A stretch of 64,000 bases of DNA from Candidatus Tumulicola sp. (GCA_035601835.1 DATNNM010000018.1:133890-197889); one strand, 5' to 3'; positions 44,484 through 54,231 are shown, counted from the first letter of the stretch. Notes: generated by a model not told the origin, from the letters alone. Numbers and translations: made by a program.

Positions 44484-44966
44484 TTGCGGCCCGGCGGGCA
44501 GCCGCTCGATCCGCGCTACTGGCTGTTGAACGTGCTCATCGCCGCGCACTGGGTCGTGGCCGGATTCGACGTCGGACGTCTTCATTGGAGTCCGCCGCTG
44601 CCGCCCGTCGCGTGGATCGTGGGGAATCTGGTCCTGGCCGGCGGTATGGGGTTGATCTTGTGGGCGATGCACGTCAACCGCTTCTTCTCTTCTGTGGTGC
44701 GTATCCAGACCGACCGCGGCCACGTCGTCGTGACCCAGGGGCCATATGCTTTCATACGCCATCCGGGTTACGCAGCCGGCGTTGTCATGGCCATCGCGAG
44801 CGGTTTTGCGCTCGGGTCATTGTGGTCTGTCGCGGTGGCGCTCGCCGCCTTGCCGTTGCTCTACGTTCGCGTCGTTCACGAAGACCGCACGTTGCATGAC
44901 GAGCTGCCGGGCTATGCCGACTACGCGAAGCGCGTCCGCTGGCGCATCATCCCCGGCATCTGGTAG
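44484..44966 (+). CDS. Isoprenylcysteine carboxyl methyltransferase (ICMT)/PEMT-family membrane methyltransferase
   Basis: RHPGYAAGVVM and HEDRTLHDELPGYADYAKRV are typical of the family. See the finding on the upstream in-frame TAG. Confidence 0.7.
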   Translation: MRPGGQPLDPRYWLLNVLIAAHWVVAGFDVGRLHWSPPLPPVAWIVGNLVLAGGMGLILWAMHVNRFFSSVVRIQTDRGHVVVTQGPYAFIRHPGYAAGVVMAIASGFALGSLWSVAVALAALPLLYVRVVHEDRTLHDELPGYADYAKRVRWRIIPGIW

Positions 44967-44967
44967 C

Positions 44968-45948
44968 TTAGTGGATGATCGTCCCCGTCTGCACGACCTC
45001 GAACTGGCTTGCCGGCACTGACTTGAGCTGATTCAAGTCGGTGTCATCCCAGCCCGTGTCGGTGGCGCCGGTGATGAACCAATCGCTGCCATTATCGGCC
45101 ACGAACATCCCGTATTTCTTGAGCGCGACGAGGATGACTTTTGACGCTCCGGTGAATCCGCTGATGTCGTAGCTCGCTTTGAGGCGCACGCGCAGGCCCA
45201 TAGGCGGGTCGTTCGCATCGGTCGACGAGCTCGCGAAATGCGTCGCGGGGTGGATGAAGCCGCGCTGGGTCTGGTGGACCGTGAAGCGCAGGGCATGGTT
45301 GATGACGCCGGCGTTGGTCTCGTCGCGCCGTGCGAGGCCCGGAAAGATCGGCAAACCGGCGGCATCGGCCGACGTCCAGTAATCCGGCCGCAGCGCGTTC
45401 GAGTTGAAATGGAAGACGGCGCCCGAATACGCTTGCCAGCCCGGATTCGTGTAGTACGACAGGCCCGTCTCGTACAGCACGCAGTTGTCTTGATCGATGA
45501 CGAGCACGTGCCGGTCGCCGGTCGAACTCGAGCCGCCTTCGATCGGCGCGCTAGGTGGATAGGGATAAGGCCCCGGATCACTTTCCGTCGGGACGGTGAA
45601 CGACATCGCGACTTTGGCCTGCGTGCCAGATACCAAGATGAATGGGATGCCGTAGGTGGGATTTGACCCGAAGTCAGGATGGAGGTTCGTGGTGCCGGCG
45701 TTCATGTGCGAGAGATAATTCGTAGAGTTGGCATCCACCGGCAATCCCGAGATATCCTGATTCCACGGATTGTCGGTCGGAAAGACCTGGCACGAGGCGA
45801 TCGTCGGAACCCCGCCCGAGCCTGGTGTCGGTGTCGGCGTTGGATGTCCGCCCGACCCGGAACCGGGTGCCGGCGCCGCTCCGCCACCCGAACACGCGCT
45901 TACGACTGCGCCAAGCAACGCCGCAAGAGCCAAACAAATGCTTCGCAT
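44968..45948 (-). CDS. Lipoprotein of unknown function
   Basis: MRSICLALAALLGAVVSACSGGG, a Gly/Pro/Thr linker, then a block (GLPIFPGLARRDE..INHALRFTV) that looks conserved by eye but was not searched. ATG 45948 has an AAGG upstream. Confidence 0.6.
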   Translation of the reverse strand: MRSICLALAALLGAVVSACSGGGAAPAPGSGSGGHPTPTPTPGSGGVPTIASCQVFPTDNPWNQDISGLPVDANSTNYLSHMNAGTTNLHPDFGSNPTYGIPFILVSGTQAKVAMSFTVPTESDPGPYPYPPSAPIEGGSSSTGDRHVLVIDQDNCVLYETGLSYYTNPGWQAYSGAVFHFNSNALRPDYWTSADAAGLPIFPGLARRDETNAGVINHALRFTVHQTQRGFIHPATHFASSSTDANDPPMGLRVRLKASYDISGFTGASKVILVALKKYGMFVADNGSDWFITGATDTGWDDTDLNQLKSVPASQFEVVQTGTIIH

Positions 45949-46064
45949 ATCTACCTTAGACATCGGTAGGGTTCGGCTAAGACGCCTGAAAGTGAGAGGT
46001 GCGTCACGGGGATGCACGGAGCTAAGACGCACGGAGCTAAAGCTCCGTGGCTACGAGGGTTAGT

Positions 46065-49000
46065 TCACATGCCGGGGGAGGGGGAACCCGCGAGTTCTTC
46101 GTCCGGCTCCGCGATCGCGAGGCGGCGCGCCATTCGTTTGGCATGGATGCGCTCCACCCAGCCGACCAGCACCACATACCAGACCGGAACGAGGAAAAGC
46201 GTGAGCAGCAGCGAGCTGATCAAGCCGCCGATGATCACCGTGCCCATCGACTTGCGGAACTCGGCGCCCTCGGTGATGCCGATCGCGAGCGGCAGCATTC
46301 CCAAGATCATCGCGGCGGTGGTCATGACGATCGGGCGGAAACGGACCACGGCAGATTCCCTCATCGCCTCGACGAGCCCCAGGCCCCTGGTGTGCAGCGT
46401 GTTCGCGTAATCCACGAGCAGGATGCCGTTCTTTGCGACCAGCCCCATCAGCATCACGATTCCCAGCATGGAGAATATGTTGAGCGTCTGTCCGGCGAAG
46501 TAGCGAACGTCCGGCAGGACGCCGTGGATCAGGTTGCTCACCGTGAGGATGCCGAGCGCGCCGATGAGCGCGACCGGTATGCTGAACATGATGACCCACG
46601 GTGTCAGATAATTGCGATACAAGATCACCAGCAGCATATAGATCAGCACGAACGACGTCAGGAGCGCGATGCCGATCTTATTGACTGTATCGCCCAGGAA
46701 TTGAGCCTCGCCCTCGGCCTTGACGCTGACGCCGGGGGGCAAGAAGCCGGGCTGCGCCAGCACCTTCTTCACCTTCTCGTCGATGGGCCCGATCGGAGCG
46801 CCGCCTACGGTGCTCGCGAACACGCGAACGATGCGCTGGCGATCCTGCCGGCGTAGCGTCGGAGGCTCGCTTACCCAACGGAAATGTGCCACGTCCGCGA
46901 GCGGCACTAGGGTGCCATCGCTGGCTCGCACCTGCGCAGTGCGAATTTGCGACTCGTCGTTGCGGACCGCGGGAGAAAACTGCACGAGGGTGTCTACGAG
47001 CCCATCGGGCATGCGCAACTTGGTCGCGATGACGCCTGCGACCGCTGCGCGGGCCGTTGTCGCTGCCGCCTGCGGCGATACCCCGAGCAACGCTGAGCGA
47101 TCGCGATCGATGTTCACTTCAAGACGCGGTCCGACAATAGCGCTCGTCGCTTTCACGCCAATGGTGTTCGGGATCTTCTTTATGTACGCGGCCAGCTTAT
47201 CGGCCGCGGCGAACAGCTCGTCGGCCTGGCCGCTGAGCGTGTAGACCAGGTCTGCACCGCCGCCGTTTTGCGCGCCGCCCGCCTCGATCAGTCCGCCCGG
47301 TACCAGATTACCCATTCCGCGTATGGCCTCGACGACCTGATGCTCGTTGTGGCGCTTCGACGCTTTGAGGTTGACCTGCAGATTGGCGACATAACCGCCG
47401 TTGACGTCGTTGTTGTCCTGGCCGACGTTGACGATGACGTCTTGAACATCATCGCGCTTGAGCAGTTCGCGCTCCAAGCGGTGGGCGCCGGCCGACGTCA
47501 CGTCGATCGGCGTGCCCACCCGATACGTCAGGCTCGCGACCGCCCAACCGTATTCGGTGTTCGGCTGGAACTCGAAGGGCACGATTCCGCTTGCTACGGT
47601 CGCAAGCGAAGCCACCACCAGGCCGACCGAACCGAAGATCACGAGATATGGGTGACGCTGCGCCCATGGCAGCAATTTGTCGTGATAGTTCACGCGCACG
47701 CGATCGAACCAGGCGGTAAAAGCGCGCACGAAACCCCAGCGGCTCGGCTTCGGTTTGCGTAACACGGCCCACTTCGCCGCCAGCAGAGGCGTGAGCGTAA
47801 AGGAGACCAACAGCGAGAACATCGTGGCGGTGACGATGACGAGCCCGTACTCACGCAAGAACTGCCCAACGATGCCGCCCATGAACGCGATGGGCGTGAA
47901 CACGACGACGTCCACGAGCGTGATCGCGATCGCCGCGGTGCCGATCTCCGAGCGGCCGACGATGGCCGCCTCCTCGGCGGGTTTGCCCATCTCTCGATGG
48001 CGCGTGATATTCTCGATGACGACGATCGAGTCGTCGACTAAGATGCCGATCGTCAGTGACAGCCCCATCAGCGAGAGCAGGTCGATGGAGAACCCGAGGA
48101 TCCACATCAGCAGGAAGGTCGCCAACAGCGAAGTCGGGATCGCGACCATCACCACCAACGCGCTGCGCCACAGATGCAGGAAGAATAGCAAGACGAGAGC
48201 CGTCAGCAGGATGCCTTCGCCAAGGTTTTGGAACACGCCCGAGAGAGCCTCGCCGAGGAACGTCGCGTCCGCCACGAGTTCGTTGAATTGCACGTCGGGG
48301 TACTTGGCCTTGAGGATCTTGAACTCGTCGCGCACGCGCGCGGTGGTGCGTGCCGTGTCGGCGTCTGAATCGTGGGCGATATTGAGCACGACCGCCACAT
48401 TGTTGTTCACATCCGAAGCGAGGCGGTGGTCCTGATACGAATCCACCACCTTCGCCACGTCGCCTACTCGCAGCTGGGTCATCGAGGCGCCCGGCACGGA
48501 CAGCGACAGTTGTGCGATTTGCGCGGGATCGGTGATGTCCGCGCGCACGCCCATGGTGGCCTCGCGGTATTGGTCGAGACGGCCGCCGGGCAAGCTGACA
48601 TTGCCTTGCGCGACGGCACTGCTGACGTCGAGCAGCGTTGCTCCGAGTATCTGCAAGCGCGCCGGGTCCGGGTTCACCGTCACCTGTCGAACGTATTGAC
48701 CGCTCTCGGCGACGAAGCCGACGCCTTGCACGCCCTTGAGCGCCGGGACGATCTGGTATTGAACGAGATTCGAAAGTTCGACCGGTGACAGCTTTGAGGA
48801 AGTGATCGTCTCGGTCATGATCGGCTGGGCGTTCGGGTCCTCCCGCGTGACGATCGGCGGAATGAGGTCGGAGGGCAGATTGACCCGTGCCGCGTCGATG
48901 GCTTGCTGCACGTCGATGGCGCCGAAATCGACGTTGGCGCCCAACTTGAGCTGCACTCCGATAATGCCGGAGCCTTCTTGAGCGCGAGCGGTGATTTTCT

Positions 49001-49232
49001 CCACATGGCGGACGCCTTGCAACTCGTCTTCAATGGGCCGGATGACGAGCCGTTCGATCTCCTGCGGGCTCGCGCCGGGATACACCGCGAAGACGTTGAT
49101 GAACGGGAATTGAACATTGGGGTTGATGTTGACGCCCATCGAGAAATAGCCGATGACGCCGAACAGCGCGATCGCCACGAAGAACAACGTGACGATGGTC
49201 GGCTGTTTTATGGCAAAGCGTGTCAACCACAT
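46065..49232 (-). CDS. RND efflux transporter permease (AcrB/HAE1-like)
   Basis: 1055 aa with a 12-TM RND layout and two large periplasmic loops. N-terminus MWLTRFAIKQPTIVTLFFVAIALFG. Confidence 0.9.
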   Translation of the reverse strand: MWLTRFAIKQPTIVTLFFVAIALFGVIGYFSMGVNINPNVQFPFINVFAVYPGASPQEIERLVIRPIEDELQGVRHVEKITARAQEGSGIIGVQLKLGANVDFGAIDVQQAIDAARVNLPSDLIPPIVTREDPNAQPIMTETITSSKLSPVELSNLVQYQIVPALKGVQGVGFVAESGQYVRQVTVNPDPARLQILGATLLDVSSAVAQGNVSLPGGRLDQYREATMGVRADITDPAQIAQLSLSVPGASMTQLRVGDVAKVVDSYQDHRLASDVNNNVAVVLNIAHDSDADTARTTARVRDEFKILKAKYPDVQFNELVADATFLGEALSGVFQNLGEGILLTALVLLFFLHLWRSALVVMVAIPTSLLATFLLMWILGFSIDLLSLMGLSLTIGILVDDSIVVIENITRHREMGKPAEEAAIVGRSEIGTAAIAITLVDVVVFTPIAFMGGIVGQFLREYGLVIVTATMFSLLVSFTLTPLLAAKWAVLRKPKPSRWGFVRAFTAWFDRVRVNYHDKLLPWAQRHPYLVIFGSVGLVVASLATVASGIVPFEFQPNTEYGWAVASLTYRVGTPIDVTSAGAHRLERELLKRDDVQDVIVNVGQDNNDVNGGYVANLQVNLKASKRHNEHQVVEAIRGMGNLVPGGLIEAGGAQNGGGADLVYTLSGQADELFAAADKLAAYIKKIPNTIGVKATSAIVGPRLEVNIDRDRSALLGVSPQAAATTARAAVAGVIATKLRMPDGLVDTLVQFSPAVRNDESQIRTAQVRASDGTLVPLADVAHFRWVSEPPTLRRQDRQRIVRVFASTVGGAPIGPIDEKVKKVLAQPGFLPPGVSVKAEGEAQFLGDTVNKIGIALLTSFVLIYMLLVILYRNYLTPWVIMFSIPVALIGALGILTVSNLIHGVLPDVRYFAGQTLNIFSMLGIVMLMGLVAKNGILLVDYANTLHTRGLGLVEAMRESAVVRFRPIVMTTAAMILGMLPLAIGITEGAEFRKSMGTVIIGGLISSLLLTLFLVPVWYVVLVGWVERIHAKRMARRLAIAEPDEELAGSPSPGM

Positions 49233-49299
49233 GATTAAAGGTGCCTACTGCGCCCGCGGGACGAAAGTTACAATGGGTTCGTTTCGGGGCTTTCGGACG

Positions 49300-50463
49300 C
49301 TAGTCCGGCTTTTTTAGGCCCGAGCCCGTGTTGATCAGCAGCACGCGCTCTTCGGGGTGGATCCAGCCTTGGGCCAGCAAAGATTGGGCGGCTGCGAGCG
49401 TGGCGCCGCCTTCCCGGCACGCGGAGATGCCTTCGGTCGTAGCGATGCGCTGCTGCGCTTTCAGGATGGCCTCATCATCGACCGCCACCGCGGCGCCGCC
49501 GCTTTCGTAGAGGGCATGCAAGATCAAGAAATCACCGAGCGCCTTTGGGACGTTGATGCCGAAGGCGATCGTCTTCGAGTCTTTCCAGAACGTAGAAATT
49601 GCGGCGTGCTTCTGCCACGCTTTCACGATCGGGGCGCAGCCCGTCGCCTGAACCGCCACGAAGCGCGGCATGCGTTCTTCGAGCAGACCCATCTCGCGCA
49701 GTTCGCGCAGCGCCTTATGAATGCCGATCAGGCCCACTCCGCCGCCGGTCGGATAGATGATCACTTCAGGCACGTCCCAATCGAATTGCTCGACGAGCTC
49801 GAAACCCATCGTCTTTTTGCCCTCGATCCGGTAGGGCTCTTTCAATGTCGAGGCGTCGTAGAGGCCGCGTTCGGCGACGAGCTGCGCCACCACGCGGCCG
49901 GCGTCGCTGATGACGCCCTCAACCAGCTGCACGCGCGCGCCGGCCATCTCGCACTCCAGTCTGTGGATGCTCGGCGCGCTTTTCGGCATCACGATGTGGG
50001 CGGCGATGCCGGCTCGGGCTGCGTACGCCGCCCAGGCGCCCCCCGCGTTGCCGTTGGTCGGCATCGCGAACGCCTTGACGCCGAGTTCTCTCGCGCGCGA
50101 CACACCGACGCACGCGCCGCGCGCCTTGAACGACGCCGTCGGCAGCTGCCCTTCATCCTTTAGATACAAGTTGCGCAGGCCTGTGGCGTTGCCAAGCCGC
50201 TCCAGCTTGTGCAGCGGAGTGAACTGCTCGCCGAGCGAGATCGCCTGTTCGGGATCGCGCAGCGGCAGCAGTTCCGTGTAGCGCCACAAACTGCGCTGGC
50301 GGGTCGCCAGAGTCTCTCGGGAAAGCGTCGACGAGGCGGCATGAAGATCGTAACGCGCCAAGAGCGGCCCGCCGCACGTGCATAGCTGCTGGATGCGGTC
50401 CGCGGCGTAGCGCGCGTCGCACTTGGAACAAGCAAGTTCTGCGAGCGCGGAGCGCGGCGCCAT
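49300..50463 (-). CDS. thrC: Threonine synthase-like PLP enzyme with N-terminal zinc ribbon
   Basis: CSKCDARY...CTCGGPL ribbon and PLP-lysine motif PTASFKARGA. Confidence 0.75.
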   Translation of the reverse strand: MAPRSALAELACSKCDARYAADRIQQLCTCGGPLLARYDLHAASSTLSRETLATRQRSLWRYTELLPLRDPEQAISLGEQFTPLHKLERLGNATGLRNLYLKDEGQLPTASFKARGACVGVSRARELGVKAFAMPTNGNAGGAWAAYAARAGIAAHIVMPKSAPSIHRLECEMAGARVQLVEGVISDAGRVVAQLVAERGLYDASTLKEPYRIEGKKTMGFELVEQFDWDVPEVIIYPTGGGVGLIGIHKALRELREMGLLEERMPRFVAVQATGCAPIVKAWQKHAAISTFWKDSKTIAFGINVPKALGDFLILHALYESGGAAVAVDDEAILKAQQRIATTEGISACREGGATLAAAQSLLAQGWIHPEERVLLINTGSGLKKPD

Positions 50464-50473
50464 TCTTATGACC

Positions 50474-50785
50474 TCAACCCAGGACCGTGTACAACCACCA
50501 ACGCGGTTGATTCTTGCCGCCGCGCGCGATCTGGCGCATGCAGTACAAGGTCATGCGCTTCCCATTGGTCGTCTCGACGTCGAACCAGTGCTTATGGATG
50601 TATGTGTCGCCGCGATCGGTGCGCGTCGTCTTCCAGGTCTTATGCACGTTGGCGACCTCGAACTGTTGATCTCGCCATGTGAATAAGCGCGGTAAACCCG
50701 GTTCGCCACGCGACATGGCGGTGAGATCCGCCGATCCGGGCGCCGGCACGATCGGTTCGCTGACGAACTGCGGTTTCGAGGTCAT
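50474..50785 (-). CDS. Small conserved protein of unknown function (DUF6504-like pattern)
   Basis: ATG 50785 overlaps the upstream stop (ATGA). Motifs FTWRDQQFEV..V..W and WWLYTV. Family assignment is from memory only. Confidence 0.5.
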   Translation of the reverse strand: MTSKPQFVSEPIVPAPGSADLTAMSRGEPGLPRLFTWRDQQFEVANVHKTWKTTRTDRGDTYIHKHWFDVETTNGKRMTLYCMRQIARGGKNQPRWWLYTVLG

Positions 50786-51345
50786 CGCAGCAGCGGCGCG
50801 AGAGCGCGCGACAGCTCGTCCGTGTGGCTGATCACCGGTGAACCGTAACCCCGCAGTGGTCCGGGTACTTCTTTCCAGCGCGCTTTGCCATCGTACACGA
50901 AAAAGGCGTCCCAGCACAAAGCATTAGTGCCGAGGACGCGTCGTCCGAACCAATCGCCTATGGACAGGTTAGCGACCCAATAGTTTGTCACGCGTTTGTC
51001 GGTAAGGATGCTCGAGTCCCACCCGCTCTTGCTGTCAGATGCCAAGACCGAAAACCAGATCGCTTGAATGCGCAGATCGGTACGCGGATGCTTTGCGAGG
51101 ACCTCTTGCTGCACCCAACGGGCGCCGGCTTGGCACACCGCTCAAGTCGGCGAAAGCAGGAGCACGACCCGCGGTTTACCTGTATCGCGGTTGAATGCCG
51201 CGGCCAGTTGATCGACGCCACCAAGGTCATGCAAACCGGTGACGGCACTGGAGTGCCTGCTCTGAACGAAATAGATCGCCGAAATGATGACCACGGCAGC
51301 GGCGGTAGCCAACCCGATGAATAGACGAACGCGCGATAGCGACAT
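50782..51345 (-). CDS. Membrane-anchored thioredoxin-fold protein with in-frame UGA: SPT-U-AVC redox motif (UGA at 51142..51144)
   Basis: ORFs 51142..51459 and 50782..51138 share one frame, split by a single TGA. N-terminal TM helix, then PRVVLLLSPT-U-AVC. Start and stop overlap the neighbouring genes. Confidence 0.65.
51111..51125 (-). promoter_or_regulatory. Candidate SECIS hairpin for the thioredoxin-fold selenoprotein
   Basis: GCGCCC-GUU-GGGUGC (6-bp stem, one G-U pair, GUU loop), starting 17 nt after the UGA. Confidence 0.4.
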
Positions 51346-52397
51346 CACGTGGACAACGCGCCAAAGAGGCTGGTTTGCTTCGTCGCGCCCTCCACCAGTG
51401 AAGCGACGCGCACGCCGACCAATCGAACCGGTTTCCCGTCGAAGGCGCGCTTGAGACAAAACACCGCGGCCGCGGTGATGATGCGCGCGTCGTCTGCAGG
51501 CTCGGCGAGCGTGGTCTGCTTGCCGTGAATTGCGAAATCCGCCAGTTTGATCTTCACCCCCACGGTGAGCGCGCGCAGCTTGCGCCCGGCAAGGCGCTCT
51601 GCGAGTTCCGCCGCTTGCTCGCGGACGGTCTGGGCGAGCACGTTGATGTCCGCCACATCGCGCTCGAAGGTCTGCTCGCTTGAAATGGATCGCATCCGAT
51701 CATCTTGATGCACGCGCCGGCTGTCCATGCCCCGCGCGAGATCGCGAACTTCAACGCCCCAACGGCCGAAGAGCTCGAAAGCCTGCGCGTCGCTCATGGA
51801 AGCGAGCTGCTCGATCCGCTCGATGCCCTTGCGCTGCAGTCGCGCCTGCGTCTTCGGGCCGATGCCCCACAGTCTGCCCACCGGTTTGCTTGCGAGGTAT
51901 TCCGCCTCGCGACCCGGCTCGACGCAGACCAAGCCATCCGGTTTGCCGTCGTCGCTGGCGATCTTGGCGACCATCTTTCCCGACGCCACGCCGATCGAGA
52001 TCGTCAACGAGGTCGCCGCGCGCACTTCTTCCTTGATCCGCCGGGCGATTGCTTCGGCCTCTTGTAGCGTGGTGTCGCCGACGTCGAGGAACGCTTCGTC
52101 CAAAGACATGCGCTCGACGACCTTTGCATGGCTGCGAAGGATCGCGACGACCGCCTTGCTCGCCTCGTGATACTTCTCGAAGTCCGGCTGGACCACGATC
52201 AAATCCGGGCACGATTCCCGCGCGCGATAGAGCGGCGTGGCGCTGCGGATACCGTACGGCCGAGCCTCATACGAGGCGGTCAGCACCACGGCACGGCGGC
52301 TCGACCCGGCGACGACCAGCGGCTTGCCACGCAGCGAAGGGTCGTCGCGTTGGGCCACGCTCGCGTAGAACGCGTCGAGATCGGCGTGCAAAATCAC
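51345..52397 (-). CDS. dinB: DNA polymerase IV (Y-family)
   Basis: GTG 52397 gives VILHADLDAFYASV. Catalytic blocks DLDAFYASV and SLDEAFLDV are intact. The ORF-track N-terminal extension was discarded. Confidence 0.85.
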   Translation of the reverse strand: MILHADLDAFYASVAQRDDPSLRGKPLVVAGSSRRAVVLTASYEARPYGIRSATPLYRARESCPDLIVVQPDFEKYHEASKAVVAILRSHAKVVERMSLDEAFLDVGDTTLQEAEAIARRIKEEVRAATSLTISIGVASGKMVAKIASDDGKPDGLVCVEPGREAEYLASKPVGRLWGIGPKTQARLQRKGIERIEQLASMSDAQAFELFGRWGVEVRDLARGMDSRRVHQDDRMRSISSEQTFERDVADINVLAQTVREQAAELAERLAGRKLRALTVGVKIKLADFAIHGKQTTLAEPADDARIITAAAVFCLKRAFDGKPVRLVGVRVASLVEGATKQTSLFGALST

Positions 52398-52487
52398 TGC
52401 AGGCCAATCTTCTTCGCGTCGCCCGCACAGCCCCGCGAGGGGCCGGCCGCGGCCGCCCTGAACAGCAAGCCCGTGCCGGACGCCCGC

Positions 52488-53546
52488 GTGTATCCCTACC
52501 TGCTCGAACCGCAACTCAAACCGCTCATCTGGGGCGGCGACGCTTTGGTCCGGCACTACTACAAGACGGGCGACCCGAACGCCAAGTACGGTGAGTCGTG
52601 GGAGTGCTGGGATCAGAACCGGACGCTCAATGGTCCGCTGACCGGGAAAACGGTGGCTGATTTGCGAGAGCGGCTCGGCGCGGAGCTGATGGGGCCGCTG
52701 GATCCCAGCCGCATTTTTCCGGTGCTCACGAAGATCATCGATGCGCGCGACTCGCTGTCGGTCCAAGTGCATCCGGGCGATGCCCACGCGCGAGCGCACG
52801 AGCACCAGCCAAACGGCAAGACCGAGTGCTGGTACATCCTTTCGGCTGCCGCGGGCGCGCATCTCATCCTGGGCTGGAAGCGCGACACCACCCGCGATGA
52901 GTATTTACAGCGCGTGGCTGACGGCTCGCTCACCGAGCTCCTGCGCCCCGTCCCCGTCAAGCCCGGCGACGTCTTTTACCTGCCTGCCGGCACTTTACAC
53001 GCCATCGGCGCCGGCATCCAACTCTTCGAGACGCAGCAAGCCAGCGACCTCACCTATCGGATCTTCGATTGGAATCGCGTTGACGCCCAAGGCCGGTCGC
53101 GCGAACTGCACGTCCAAAAAGCCGCAGACGTTTTGGATTATCGCCGATCTGAGGCTGGCGCGCTCAACCCGCTGGAATACCGTACGGGCGGACTGAACCG
53201 CGCTGCGCTAGTAGCGGATCCGCGCTTCACCCTTGAGCGCATCGTTGTGACAAAAACTGGGGGCCAGATCGACCTCGACGGCATGCCGCTCATTCTGTGG
53301 GCGCTTGACGGTGGAATCGAGATTTCAGCCGGCGCTGAGTTGGTGCATTTGCCGCCTTACGCGACGGCGCTGATCCCGGCCGCTGCCGGAAGTGTCAAGG
53401 TGCGCTCCGGTGACGCAGATGCTAAGCTGCTCGCCGCGGCCGTTCCCGCGGACGCCCGTGCCTTAGCGCGAAGGTTTGCAGCGGCCGGCGTGGATGGCGC
53501 AAGCGTCGATAGGTTCGCGGCCCAGTTCTCTACGATCCAGCCTTGA
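52488..53546 (+). CDS. manA: Class I mannose-6-phosphate isomerase
   Basis: YPYLLEPQLKPLIWGG, LSVQVHPGD and ECWYIL motifs. GTG 52488 (or 52473) taken as the start. Confidence 0.75.
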   Translation: MYPYLLEPQLKPLIWGGDALVRHYYKTGDPNAKYGESWECWDQNRTLNGPLTGKTVADLRERLGAELMGPLDPSRIFPVLTKIIDARDSLSVQVHPGDAHARAHEHQPNGKTECWYILSAAAGAHLILGWKRDTTRDEYLQRVADGSLTELLRPVPVKPGDVFYLPAGTLHAIGAGIQLFETQQASDLTYRIFDWNRVDAQGRSRELHVQKAADVLDYRRSEAGALNPLEYRTGGLNRAALVADPRFTLERIVVTKTGGQIDLDGMPLILWALDGGIEISAGAELVHLPPYATALIPAAAGSVKVRSGDADAKLLAAAVPADARALARRFAAAGVDGASVDRFAAQFSTIQP

Positions 53547-54171
53547 CAAGCGCGGGGAACTGCTCGCGCAAGTGCTTCAGCTTCGGCATGTCGTTGAAGA
53601 CGATGTACGGGTTGTAGGGGTTGTGCGCAAGGAAGTGCTGGTGGTAGTCCTCGGCGGCATAGAAAGCCTTGAGCGGCACGACCTGCGTCACAATCGGATT
53701 GCTGAACTTCTTCTCGCGCTCGAGCTGCTTGATGTATGACTCGGCCGCGAGTTTTTGCTGCGGGGTCGTGTAGAAAATCGCCGAGCGATACTGCGTTCCC
53801 GTGTCCGGGCCTTGGCGGTTGAGTTCGGTCGGGTCGTGCGCTACCAGGAAATACACCTGCAGCAACTGGTTGAACGAGATCTTTGAGGGGTCGTACGTCA
53901 CCTCGACGGATTCGGCATGGCCGGTCTCGCCGGTGCTAACGATCTCATAGTGCGCGGTGGCGGCATTGCCGCCGGCGTACCCGGAGACCGCGTTCGAAAC
54001 GCCCTTCAGCGACTCAAAGACCGCTTCCACGCCCCAGAAGCACCCGCCGGCGAGCACCACTTTTTCGCTTCCGCTTGGCGTCGTGGTGGCCTGGCCCGCA
54101 GCCGTGCATCCGAGCAGCAGGCCCGCGAGCACGGCAGCTGCTAGGCTAATTCTTCTTCTCATCATGTCCAT
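53530..54171 (-). CDS. msrA: Peptide methionine-S-sulfoxide reductase, exported lipoprotein form
   Basis: GGCFWGVEAVF active-site motif and N-terminal lipobox LLLGCTAAG. Confidence 0.9.
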   Translation of the reverse strand: MDMMRRRISLAAAVLAGLLLGCTAAGQATTTPSGSEKVVLAGGCFWGVEAVFESLKGVSNAVSGYAGGNAATAHYEIVSTGETGHAESVEVTYDPSKISFNQLLQVYFLVAHDPTELNRQGPDTGTQYRSAIFYTTPQQKLAAESYIKQLEREKKFSNPIVTQVVPLKAFYAAEDYHQHFLAHNPYNPYIVFNDMPKLKHLREQFPALVKAGS

Positions 54172-54205
54172 TACTACGTACGCGGCACCGGCTTGGATGC
54201 CCCAA

Positions 54206-54231
54206 TGTAGCGTTCCGAGCGAAGCTCGGAA
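54206..54231 (+). repeat. REP-like hairpin unit
   Basis: TGTAG-CG-TTCCGAGC-GAA-GCTCGGAA, next to the tRNA-Val(CAC) 3' end. Confidence 0.45.
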
